A stretch of 64,000 bases of DNA, from positions 96,001 through 160,000 of the forward strand of contig JBGCFM010000062.1 of NCBI GenBank assembly GCA_045106895.1, read 5' to 3'. The notes under the pieces are model-generated. The model ran no database searches, was not told where the DNA came from, and saw nothing but the letters and a program-made list of their open reading frames with translations. Source of the DNA: Polyangiales bacterium. GTDB taxonomy: Bacteria; Myxococcota_A; Polyangia; Polyangiales; Houyiibacteriaceae. Shown in pieces: positions 18,537 through 27,056 of this stretch. Numbering within the stretch: the first letter of the stretch is position 1; each line of letters starts with the position of its first letter. The position numbers were made by a program, and so were the translations under genes.

Positions 18537-20648
18537 TCAGCCGTCTTCGGCGGCTTCCGCTTGCACAGCCTCAACCAACTCTTCCGGCAAAAGCCGGAAC
18601 GCGTCGATGGGCGTTCGACGTCGCCCTCGAATGTTCCCTTCCAATACATCCACGGTCACCGGGGGCGTCAGCTGAAAGAGGTAACCACGCGTGTTGATTT
18701 CAACGTCCACCCGCGCCTCGATGTTCCCAGCAGACTCGACGATGGAGTTCGGCACAAGTGGGTTAGGAACGACGACCTCTGGCTCATCGCCGCGGACGAT
18801 AACCTCGCGAAGGTAGCGAGCAGGGACTCGACCGTTGCGGGTGTGAGCTCGGTGCTCGAGCACGAACGAGGAGAGGCGCACGGCGAGGTGATTGTAGAGA
18901 CGGTGGCAGCCATGACTGGTGCCTCGAACGATGGAACGGTAGCTCACGCTGCCATGTACACGAATGCCCTCGTCGATGAGACGAGGCTCTCCCCCTTCGT
19001 TGCGCGGGGGCTGCACCAAGTGGTGCATCATCATGACGAGGCCGTAGGCGCTTCGGTAGCCGGGTCCAAAGATGCTCCGTCGAGGCTCGTAGCCATCCCG
19101 TGTTCGTCGCACGAGTTCGTCGTCGGGTGTACTTGGTGGTGGCAACCACGTCGGTGAAGCGATGACATCGCGCCAAATCCGCGACCCCGTGGGGGAGTCT
19201 TTGTACCGAAGCCCAACGCTCCCGTTCGGGCGCGTCTCCGGCTTCCAGCCGCCGATGGTCGTGCCCCAACGAAGCAGCGCGATCTCTTGACCCTCGTGTT
19301 GGACGTAGAGCGTGGCGATAGGGCGCTCACGAACGCGACCCCCGATGGGCCGCCCATCGTCGCGGTAGGGGTAGTGGTAGAACACGTCGCCGCGGTCGAT
19401 CTCCGCGCGCAATTCCATATGTGCGCTGTGGTAGTCCGGCACCGCAGGCAGCTGAACCGCCACGCGCTCGAGGTTCGCGTCTCGAATCGCCCGAAGCGCC
19501 ACAGCAGCGGTGGCGGCGTCGGCGAGACCGAGAGCGTTCGCCGCCGCTTCCGTCGCCGGCGAGATCAAGTCCGGGGCCGCGCTCGCTGCAGGCTCTCGGC
19601 CCGCTTCGAATCGAATCTGCGGCGCGTCGAGGTCATGCCCCAAAACCTGCCCCCACGAATGCCCAGCGGAACCGTCCTCGATGAGACCCGTCGCCGCGAC
19701 GACGCGCTCGCGCAGCACACGAAGGAGGCCCTTGAACTCACTCACGCGGCTGTCTTCTGCCAGCGCATGACGCGTCTCTTCATCGAGAAAGCCGGCGGAG
19801 ACCACCATATGGCGCCGCTGAAAATCGCGCAGCCCTGACGCAGTCTGACTGCCGAGGACACCTTCTCTCACGCGCCTTGGTCGGCGGAGGAGACCATCGC
19901 AGCGGAGGTGAGCCTGCGCTGCTGCTACCGCACCCACCTGCGTTTGTGCCTCTGCGTAACGTGCGTAGGCGCTCCCATGGGTCGGGTGGTCTTCAAGCTC
20001 ATCGATGCTGTTGAGCGCCTCATCGCCTTCGACGATGGACTCGAGGCGGCGCTGTTGCGCGCGTGCCTGGCGAACGCTGCGGCGCTGCTGAGTCGCGCTC
20101 GGTCGCCATGCGCGAATCGTATCTTCTTGCCGCTCCAGCCACCGGTCGTCGATCGCTTCGTGGCACGCATGGCGCTCATCGTCGGCGATGCGTTCCAAGA
20201 TGACGCGGAACGTCGGAAAGATGCCAAAGAGCTCCAGGTACTGCTCTTCGTCATACCCCTCCGGGACTTCACGAAGGCGCTCGTCCGCCAGCGCCAAGAA
20301 GATTGGGCGATATGGTTGGCTGCCGCCCACCTCAGCTTCCGTGAAGATGTACGGCGTCCAATCGTCGCTCAAGTCGAGGAGCGTGTAGCCCTGGGCGTCG
20401 GCATCGCGAGGGCAGACGCTCCCGCTCTGTTCGCCATCTGCGTAGAGCGGCACCTCGGCGGTGTCACAGGGAGGAAACTCGGGTTCGCTGGCCTCGGGGG
20501 CCTCGGTCTCAACGCCGCCTGTCGCCGCGGCGGATTCATGGGTCTCCCCAGAGCGCTCGTGCGACGCACGTGTGGTGCCCACACCGCCACCGGTTCCGCA
20601 GGAAACGATGAGCAGGGCAACTCCCGAAATAGCGACGCTACGCAACAT
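18537..20648 (-). CDS. L,D-transpeptidase (YkuD family) lipoprotein with peptidoglycan-binding domain
   Basis: Lipobox LIVSC; GVLGSQTASGLRDFQRRH..G.LD..T PG-binding motif; catalytic IRVHGS..(x)..SHGCHRL. Confidence 0.85.
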   Translation of the reverse strand: MLRSVAISGVALLIVSCGTGGGVGTTRASHERSGETHESAAATGGVETEAPEASEPEFPPCDTAEVPLYADGEQSGSVCPRDADAQGYTLLDLSDDWTPYIFTEAEVGGSQPYRPIFLALADERLREVPEGYDEEQYLELFGIFPTFRVILERIADDERHACHEAIDDRWLERQEDTIRAWRPSATQQRRSVRQARAQQRRLESIVEGDEALNSIDELEDHPTHGSAYARYAEAQTQVGAVAAAQAHLRCDGLLRRPRRVREGVLGSQTASGLRDFQRRHMVVSAGFLDEETRHALAEDSRVSEFKGLLRVLRERVVAATGLIEDGSAGHSWGQVLGHDLDAPQIRFEAGREPAASAAPDLISPATEAAANALGLADAATAAVALRAIRDANLERVAVQLPAVPDYHSAHMELRAEIDRGDVFYHYPYRDDGRPIGGRVRERPIATLYVQHEGQEIALLRWGTTIGGWKPETRPNGSVGLRYKDSPTGSRIWRDVIASPTWLPPPSTPDDELVRRTRDGYEPRRSIFGPGYRSAYGLVMMMHHLVQPPRNEGGEPRLIDEGIRVHGSVSYRSIVRGTSHGCHRLYNHLAVRLSSFVLEHRAHTRNGRVPARYLREVIVRGDEPEVVVPNPLVPNSIVESAGNIEARVDVEINTRGYLFQLTPPVTVDVLEGNIRGRRRTPIDAFRLLPEELVEAVQAEAAEDG

Positions 20649-20744
20649 GAAATCACCATAACGCGGTCAGAAAAATCTGCACAGTTCGGGGGAGAAAGCG
20701 CACGTCCGGTGGCAAGCGCAGGCGCCATCGCCTACACAAGCGTT

Positions 20745-21797
20745 GTGCCGGACTTCCCTTTCTTTACGGTCCTCGCGCCGATGGAAGGCGTGGGTCACCC
20801 CACATTTCGCCGCCTCGTCGCTGAACGAGGTGGTGTGGACCTCCTGTGCACAGAGTTCGTACGAATCTCTCGTGCCCCCATCTCCGGGCCGGCGCTCGCT
20901 CGCAGCGTTGTCAAAGTCCCGGGCATCCCGCTCTCCGTGCAGGTGATGGGCAACGACGCCGACAAGATGGCGGACGCGGCATCTCATGTGGCCAAGGCAG
21001 GGGCGGACATCGTCGACATCAACCTTGGATGTCCCATGCCGCGTGTCGTCCGTAAGGGCGTGGGCGCCGCGATGCTAAAGGACCCGGAGCTATTGCGACG
21101 CGTGCTCGGAGAGATGCGCGAGTCGTTGGACGCCCTTGGCCTCGGAACACAGCTCTCGGCGAAGATCCGTGCTGGGTTTGATGACGCAGAAAACGTTGTA
21201 GCCATCGCCAAAGTCGTGGAAGACGCCGGCGCGGATTTCATCGCCGTTCACCCGCGCAGGCGTTGCGACTTCTACGAAGGAGTCGCGGATTGGCGCATCG
21301 TTCGCGTGCTCTCGGAAGAGCTCAGCATCCCCGTCATTGGCAACGGCGACATCTGGTACGCGAGCGACGCACTTCGCATCGCCGAGGAGACCGGATGCGC
21401 TGCCGCGATGATGGGGCGTCCCGCGATGCGTAACCCATGGATCTTTTCGCAGGTCGCAGCGCTTCGAGCGGGAACCGAGCCCATCGACCCGAGCGGCGAA
21501 GATGTTGCGACGTGGCTTCATCATGTGCGCCAGGAGTATGCGAAGGCGTTCGAAGTCCGCGCGCGTGCAAACCCCTTGGGCAAACTGAAGGAGCTGGTTC
21601 GATGGCTCGGTCGCGCCGTGGCAGACGAGGGTGCGTTCAAGAAGTCTGCGCTTCGTTCCACGAGTGAAGAGGAGTTCTTCGCGCACGTCGACGCCCTCGC
21701 GAAGTTCTCCGCCGCGGAGATGGACCTCGACGCACTCGGGAAGCACCACTTCGAGGAATCAGGCTCGGCCGTCAGCGACATGGCCGAGGCTTCTTGA
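20745..21797 (+). CDS. tRNA-dihydrouridine synthase family protein
   Basis: LAPMEGV, CTEFVR, DINLGCP, GAAMLKDP, SAKIRAG, VHPR, IGNGDI, MMGR motifs; GTG start at 20745. Confidence 0.9.
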   Translation: MPDFPFFTVLAPMEGVGHPTFRRLVAERGGVDLLCTEFVRISRAPISGPALARSVVKVPGIPLSVQVMGNDADKMADAASHVAKAGADIVDINLGCPMPRVVRKGVGAAMLKDPELLRRVLGEMRESLDALGLGTQLSAKIRAGFDDAENVVAIAKVVEDAGADFIAVHPRRRCDFYEGVADWRIVRVLSEELSIPVIGNGDIWYASDALRIAEETGCAAAMMGRPAMRNPWIFSQVAALRAGTEPIDPSGEDVATWLHHVRQEYAKAFEVRARANPLGKLKELVRWLGRAVADEGAFKKSALRSTSEEEFFAHVDALAKFSAAEMDLDALGKHHFEESGSAVSDMAEAS

Positions 21798-22672
21798 TGC
21801 GCTTGGTCGCAGCGTCGCGCCCAGAGGGCTCATCCAACCAACGCTACGTCGCCATCATGGACGATGGCTCCGAGGTCGAAGCCGTCGTCTACCGGGGAGA
21901 CACCCTGTGCATCTCCTCCCAAGTGGGCTGCGCCGTCGCGTGCCCCTTTTGCGCGTCCGGTGCGCGTGGACTGGGACGCGCGCTAAAGCTCGAGGAGCTG
22001 CAGTTTCAGCTCGAAGGCGTCGAAGAAGAAGGCCACGCCATCACCAAAGTGACGCTCTCCGGCGTCGGCGAGCCTCTGCACAACCACGAAGCCACGAGCG
22101 CGTTCCTTGAGTGGGGCCGTAGTCGAGACTCACGCGTCGCCATTAGTTTGACGACATCCGGCGGACCCATCGCGCGGCTGCGCACCTGGCTTCACGCTCC
22201 GCACAACGGTCTCACGATCAGCGTGCACGCGGGCCGTGAGGCGACGCGCAAAGCCGTCGTGCCGGGCGGCCCTTCCCTCGATGCCCTCTTTGGCTGCTTG
22301 CGAGACGAACAGCCACGGATGACACGAAAGCGTCGCAAAAAGACCGCCCTCGCCTACCTGATGGTGGCGGGGATGAACGATTCAGACGACGAACTCGACG
22401 CGTTCTCCGAGCGTGTCCTCGCGTTGCCCCATCCGCCGGCGATCCATCTCTATGACCTCAACCCCGTGCCGACGTCGGCGCTAAAAGGGGTGAGGCGTGA
22501 TCGCTATGAAGCCGCGTATGCCCGCCTCCGCGAGCACGGCAACGTCGTTCGAATGAGCTCCGCCGCGCGCCTCGAGGCGAACGGCGGATGTGGAACGCTC
22601 GTCGCGCTCCGGGTGGAGAAAACTCGCGCCGAACGAGACGCTACTCGGCAGGCTCGAACACAAACCACATGA
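21794..22672 (+). CDS. RlmN/Cfr-like radical SAM methyltransferase, short N-terminus
   Basis: TLCISSQVGCAVACPFCAS (CxxxCxxC), SGVGEPLHN, ISVHA, GMNDS, C-terminal GGCGTL; overlaps the dus stop. Confidence 0.8.
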   Translation: MMRLVAASRPEGSSNQRYVAIMDDGSEVEAVVYRGDTLCISSQVGCAVACPFCASGARGLGRALKLEELQFQLEGVEEEGHAITKVTLSGVGEPLHNHEATSAFLEWGRSRDSRVAISLTTSGGPIARLRTWLHAPHNGLTISVHAGREATRKAVVPGGPSLDALFGCLRDEQPRMTRKRRKKTALAYLMVAGMNDSDDELDAFSERVLALPHPPAIHLYDLNPVPTSALKGVRRDRYEAAYARLREHGNVVRMSSAARLEANGGCGTLVALRVEKTRAERDATRQARTQTT

Positions 22673-24326
22673 CGATAGGCACGGGGTTGCTCCCGAGGTT
22701 CACCATCGCCGCGGGCGATCCCTCTACGGTACCGAAGGTGATGCCGGCCTGATCTCCTGCGTCTTCTTCGGGGCACGTGACGGTCAATGCGGAAGGGCCC
22801 TCATCTTCGTTGAGCGTGCCGTTGACCTGAATCTCGTTCTGGACACCGGTGCGCAGTCCGTCCGTCGGCGCGATAAAGTGGAACGCGCCATCGATGGATA
22901 CGATGCCTTCGCTTCGCTCGAGCTGGGCGGCGGCGGTGATAGTGGCGAGCCCGACAAGGCCCGGATCGGGGGTGACAAGAATGAAGCGCTCGATGACGAA
23001 GCGGCCATCAGGGAGCGTGCCCGTGGCGTCGAACTCGGGTCCGGTCTCGACGATCTCCGCGGACTCAACGCTGAGCTCGGTCTCTGGGCTCGCGAAGCAC
23101 ATGCCGGGCTCGTACTCAAGAACCGTGGGTGTTCCGTCGCCGCCCTGAACGCAGAACGCGCCTTGGGGTGGAGGCGTCACGTAAGTAAACGCGAAGCACA
23201 TCTCGTCTGCGGTACGCGGTCCAGCGAAGATCGCGTCGTCTGTGTTGTTCTGAAAGTCGCAGCGGACCGTGAGCTCGTCGCCGGCTTCCAGGTCGATGGG
23301 GAGGTTGTAAAAGAGCTGCGTCTCGAAGCTCCAGGAGAAGAGCTCGAGAATGGACTCTGCGGCTCCCGCGCCGCGCTGGAGAAGCAGGTCAAACGCGGTG
23401 CCGTTCTCGTGCATGTGCGGCATCGAGGCGATGGCCCGGACGGGCTCGGTGATCGTGCAGGTCGATTCCACGGTCTCACTGGAGCGAGCCGGAATGCGGA
23501 AGCCGGCGGCACCAGGACCAGGGTCGGCCATTTCGTATTCGAGTCCTTCCACGGGGCCCACAAAGAGGCGAACGCCGCTGGAGTCTCGGATGCCCTCTAG
23601 ACCAGGTCCGTTGTTGTAGTGAATCTGGAGTCGAAGGTTGTCGCCGGGGCGAAGGCGCACGCCACCGTCCGGGAACTCGATGGCGCCGGTTCCCGGTGCC
23701 CATGCGTAGAGGTACTTCATGTTCGAGTCGCCCATCGCTGGGTCCCCGCGGCGCAGAGTCAGATGGTGGACCACTTGGCTCGCGTCGATGACGGCCTCGA
23801 AGCGACGAATGAACACGTCTTCTTCTGTCAGGTTCGTGAAGTCGATGTCTTCGTAGTCGTCGAGTTGGTCCGGTGCGATGGCCAAGTCACCCGCAAGAAC
23901 GTCGATGGTCCGTAGTCCCTCGGGTGCGTCGTCCGGCGCGGTGAAAGGTGTGCGCGAGGAGATCGACGTGTCCTCGATGGTAACCTCACCGCAGCTCGCC
24001 CAGCCGGCGATGGCGTTGGCGTGCTCCAGCGTCGGAGTCGCGGACCCGCGCGGCGGCATCGTGCCCGCCGAGAGTTGACGGTGCATCTCGTCCACGATGC
24101 GCTCCCCCTCGATGCCCGCGGTGATCGCTTGGTAGTCGAGCAGTGTAAAGGGCGCACCGAAGTCAGGCGTGTCGCCATGACAGGTTCCGCAATTCTCCAT
24201 GACGAGGGTCTGGACGCTCTCGTTCCAGTCCGCTTCCGAAGGAACGCATTCCGCCGCCGGTGTCGTAGGGTCGTCTGTGCAGCCGACGGCGAGGGCAACA
24301 GCGAGAAACAGAATCGCGTTCTTCAT
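22641..24326 (-). CDS. Lipoprotein: c-type cytochrome domain plus copper type II (PHM/DBH-like) monooxygenase
   Basis: Lipobox LAVGC; CGTCH and MPP heme motifs; Cu ligands VVHH, LQIHY, MPHMH, DEMC; extra C-terminal domain. Confidence 0.8.
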   Translation of the reverse strand: MKNAILFLAVALAVGCTDDPTTPAAECVPSEADWNESVQTLVMENCGTCHGDTPDFGAPFTLLDYQAITAGIEGERIVDEMHRQLSAGTMPPRGSATPTLEHANAIAGWASCGEVTIEDTSISSRTPFTAPDDAPEGLRTIDVLAGDLAIAPDQLDDYEDIDFTNLTEEDVFIRRFEAVIDASQVVHHLTLRRGDPAMGDSNMKYLYAWAPGTGAIEFPDGGVRLRPGDNLRLQIHYNNGPGLEGIRDSSGVRLFVGPVEGLEYEMADPGPGAAGFRIPARSSETVESTCTITEPVRAIASMPHMHENGTAFDLLLQRGAGAAESILELFSWSFETQLFYNLPIDLEAGDELTVRCDFQNNTDDAIFAGPRTADEMCFAFTYVTPPPQGAFCVQGGDGTPTVLEYEPGMCFASPETELSVESAEIVETGPEFDATGTLPDGRFVIERFILVTPDPGLVGLATITAAAQLERSEGIVSIDGAFHFIAPTDGLRTGVQNEIQVNGTLNEDEGPSALTVTCPEEDAGDQAGITFGTVEGSPAAMVNLGSNPVPIVMWFVFEPAE

Positions 24327-24382
24327 GGCGAGCAGGATATGTCAGCGCTTTCCAGGCTGCACGTGAGATCTGGTGCAGGGCG

Positions 24383-24410
24383 TTGACAAATTGGTCCTAC
24401 CAATTACAAT
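24383..24410 (+). promoter_or_regulatory. Sigma70-type promoter with FadR/GntR-type operator in the spacer
   Basis: TTGACA 24383-24388, 16-nt spacer, TACAAT 24405-24410; palindrome AATTGGT-cct-ACCAATT 24389-24405; ATG at 24417. Confidence 0.85.
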
Positions 24411-24416
24411 CAGGGC

Positions 24417-25103
24417 ATGTCAGCCCTCGCGACCTGCCGAAAAAGTCTCCAGGACGCGATTCTCAGCGGCGCGTATGCCGCAGGTGAACGTCTACCGGCG
24501 GAGCGAGCCCTCGCTGCCGATCTCGGCGTCGGCCGTGTCACTGTTCGATCCGCTCTCGGCGCCCTCGTGACCCAAGGCCTCCTGGAGACGCGGCAAGGGA
24601 GCGGCTACGTCGTCCGCCCGATGCGTGAGGCGCATGCAGGAGCCTCCTTGCTTCCCGAGTTGGAGCGCCTCGGCACTCTCTCGGTGTACGAGATGGCCCG
24701 CGATCTGCTCCGCCTTCGCCGTCACCTCGCCGCGGCGCTCATCGAGCACTTCACCACCATGGCGACCATCGAAATGACGGCGGTGAGAGATGCGCTTCGA
24801 AGTTTCGAGGAACTCGTTCACCAGGGCGCGACACCGCGCGAGCTAGCCCTTGGCGACGGCCGCATCCTCGAAGCGCTCGTGAGCGCGTCCCGCAGCCTCA
24901 CCTTCGAGCTGATGCTCTACCCCGTCACGCGTGTGTTGATGGAAGTGCATGCGCTGCACCCGCTCCTCTACGCCGAGCCATCGTCCAACGTCGTCGCGTA
25001 TCGCGCGACTATCGCTTGGCTCGAAGGACCACGAAAAAGCCCACTCCCCCTCCTCGTTATTCTTGAAGCACGGGACGAAATCAGCCTGCGGAAACTCAAG
25101 TAA
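24417..25103 (+). CDS. GntR/FadR family transcriptional regulator
   Basis: GERLPAERALAADLGVGRVTVRSAL..L...GLLETRQGSG winged helix; FCD-like helical C-terminus. Confidence 0.9.
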   Translation: MSALATCRKSLQDAILSGAYAAGERLPAERALAADLGVGRVTVRSALGALVTQGLLETRQGSGYVVRPMREAHAGASLLPELERLGTLSVYEMARDLLRLRRHLAAALIEHFTTMATIEMTAVRDALRSFEELVHQGATPRELALGDGRILEALVSASRSLTFELMLYPVTRVLMEVHALHPLLYAEPSSNVVAYRATIAWLEGPRKSPLPLLVILEARDEISLRKLK

Positions 25104-25873
25104 TGCCACCTACCTCAAACTCTCTCGCTTGGTCTGTCGCCCTCAATATCGCGGAGCGCACGCCTCTACTCCTTCGACCTCGCGACGCCGAGACAAAGCT
25201 CCGCAGCTTCGACGCCATCCTCGGCGAGGAGGGTCCAAATCTGTGGCAGGTGCAGCTGGGGGTCGTTCGCATGCTCCACCGGGTGCTCTTTCGAAGCGAG
25301 AGCATCGGAAACTGCAAAGGCCACCCTGTGCGAAACACGTGGCGCGCACGCATGCTGCATAAGCGCGCGCTGCGTTTACCGGTCCTCGTAGCGCTTCGTG
25401 CCGTGGCACCCCTCGACTTCTCTGGGCTGCTTAGTCCGACCTGGCGTATCCAGCGTCATCTCCTCGCGGCTCACCATGATGGCCTTCAGTTCGTCTACGA
25501 CTTCGAACTTCTCAAAGCCAGTCCCGGCGCCCTCGATGAGGTCCGCGCCGACGCGGAGGAGATTGTGAGTGGGCGTGACCCCCGGGCCAACGCTTGGCGT
25601 GACGTCGCGATCTTCGAGCGCTATCACGAGAACCTCATCGCAGCCATCGACGCATTCGAAGCGGGGGAGTTGCGCCTGGGTGATGACGTCGACAACCCTG
25701 ACCTCACGTTCTTCGCGTTCCTTCGTTGGTGCGCCCGTCAGCCCGCGAGCGCCGACGAGACGCTTCGACGCTTTCAAGCAGGCGAGTACACCATCGCTGA
25801 TGGAGTGGCCGCCATCGAAGCTCAGTCCTCGTCGTCTGCGTCTTCCGCTTCGCTCGCGTGGAGCGGCGTGTAG
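25103..25873 (+). CDS. Hypothetical cytoplasmic protein coupled to the GntR gene
   Basis: 256 aa; TAATG overlap; protein-like composition; HLLAAHH and YHE segments. Confidence 0.6.
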   Translation: MPPTSNSLAWSVALNIAERTPLLLRPRDAETKLRSFDAILGEEGPNLWQVQLGVVRMLHRVLFRSESIGNCKGHPVRNTWRARMLHKRALRLPVLVALRAVAPLDFSGLLSPTWRIQRHLLAAHHDGLQFVYDFELLKASPGALDEVRADAEEIVSGRDPRANAWRDVAIFERYHENLIAAIDAFEAGELRLGDDVDNPDLTFFAFLRWCARQPASADETLRRFQAGEYTIADGVAAIEAQSSSSASSASLAWSGV

Positions 25874-26028
25874 CTGCCCTGAGTCTGGTCGTTGTCTTGG
25901 ATCTCCAAGTCGGGTGAATCGGGGTCGTTGTAGGTCTCCCAGCCTGAGTCCGGTCCCCAGCTCGCGCGATTGCAGCCAAAGAGAAGCACAGGCAGGACAA
26001 ACAGGAGAAGAGCCCGAGTACGTCGCAT
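25822..26028 (-). CDS. Small acidic lipoprotein (68 aa)
   Basis: MRRTRALLLFVLPVLLFGC lipobox at the C-terminal end of ORF 25822..26724; TACCCT 6 nt before the ATG; 52-nt convergent overlap with its neighbour. Confidence 0.55.
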   Translation of the reverse strand: MRRTRALLLFVLPVLLFGCNRASWGPDSGWETYNDPDSPDLEIQDNDQTQGSYTPLHASEAEDADDED

Positions 26029-26143
26029 ACGTCGAGGGTAGCGTGAGTTTCCGTCGCTGGCATGGGCATTGCTGTTTGTGACGGAGCGCCGTTGGGTTGG
26101 ACCACCCCGGCACACATTTTTGTACGAACCGAGCTGCTTCCCC

Positions 26144-27010
26144 ATGATCTCATCGAGCCTGCGACATCTTGCCCCGCTTCTCTTCTGCGTTGTCTTCCAC
26201 GCTGGTTGCTTCAACTCCGGTATGGGCGACGTCCCGGACGCCGCCGCGGACGCCCCCTCGATGGACGCCTTCAGCTTCGACGCTGGTCCCGGTTTCGACG
26301 CTGGCCCCGGTTTCGACGCCGGACCCGGTTTCGACGCCGGACCCGTTTTTGACGCTGGGACGCCAAGCAGCTGCGCCGCAGAGGACGCCCGCGCCGTCGA
26401 CTGCCCCAGGTTCCTCTGTGACGAGCCAGCCCGTTGGCAGTGGAATGGGCACTCCTGTTTTCCCATCGAATGCGGCGCCTGCGAAGGCGCCGACTGCGGC
26501 ACCGGGCCCTTCGAGCGGGAGGAATGCGAAGCTGCGCACCGCACTTGCGACTCCACGCTCTGCCGCGCGAGTGCTGGGACCTGGCGATTCTGGGGTCGAG
26601 GGGACTGCGGCTTCGTCTGCGGCTTCCCAAGCGGCGACGACTGCGCGGACGGCCCCACGTGTGACTGTGGAGCCTTCGCCAACTTCGTCGAAGGACGTGG
26701 CTGCGTCCGGGAGGACTCCTGCATCCCGCCGCCTATCTTCGTTCCGCCCCAGGAATACTGCGAGCGAAGCGGCGGCGAGTGGGGAGGCTTCTGCGCGCAC
26801 TCTCATTGCGGTCAGCGCAGCCCCTTGGCCTGTGCACAACCCGCCTGCCACTGCCCGTGGCCGCAGGTCTTCGACGAAGGGCGTGGTTGCGTTGAAGGCG
26901 AAGCTTGTTTCCGCGGTGACGGCGGCTGCAACGAGCTCAGCCTCTGTGGTCAAGGCATGGAGTGCATCGACGGCACCTGCGAATTCTCCGTTTGCCCCTT
27001 CGACGGCTGA
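26144..27010 (+). CDS. Cys-rich lipoprotein with FDAGPG repeats
   Basis: Lipobox FHAGC; DAG linker repeats; very Cys-rich mature region. Confidence 0.7.
   Translation: MISSSLRHLAPLLFCVVFHAGCFNSGMGDVPDAAADAPSMDAFSFDAGPGFDAGPGFDAGPGFDAGPVFDAGTPSSCAAEDARAVDCPRFLCDEPARWQWNGHSCFPIECGACEGADCGTGPFEREECEAAHRTCDSTLCRASAGTWRFWGRGDCGFVCGFPSGDDCADGPTCDCGAFANFVEGRGCVREDSCIPPPIFVPPQEYCERSGGEWGGFCAHSHCGQRSPLACAQPACHCPWPQVFDEGRGCVEGEACFRGDGGCNELSLCGQGMECIDGTCEFSVCPFDG
26276..26359 (+). repeat. Coding 18-bp tandem repeat (about 4.7 copies, FDAGPG)
   Basis: TTCGACGCYGGNCCCGGT units at 26276, 26294, 26312, 26330, partial at 26348; variation mostly at third codon positions. Confidence 0.9.
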
Positions 27011-27056
27011 GCGAGCGCGTGCGAAGGCCCGACCCCCCTGTTATGACGGCGGCTCC

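Noticed and set aside
18258..19157. 299-aa plus-strand ORF with duplicated SAIxRPARR..QG segment
   Set aside because: The duplication reflects the nested DNA repeat; the rest is antisense to the transpeptidase.
19908..20744. Apparent long N-terminal extension on Dus (629-aa ORF)
   Set aside because: Overlaps the L,D-transpeptidase on the opposite strand; Dus homology begins near 20745.
21794..22672. Cfr antibiotic-resistance gene
   Set aside because: RlmN/Cfr family motifs are present but nothing I can see distinguishes Cfr, and there is no mobile context.
26276..26359. Possible CRISPR array
   Set aside because: Contiguous 18-bp coding repeats without spacers; no cas genes in the window.
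26169..27056. Apparent Ser/Thr/Pro-rich extension on DUF368 (647-aa ORF)
   Set aside because: Alternative frame of the Cys-rich lipoprotein; DUF368 plausibly starts at ATG 27057.
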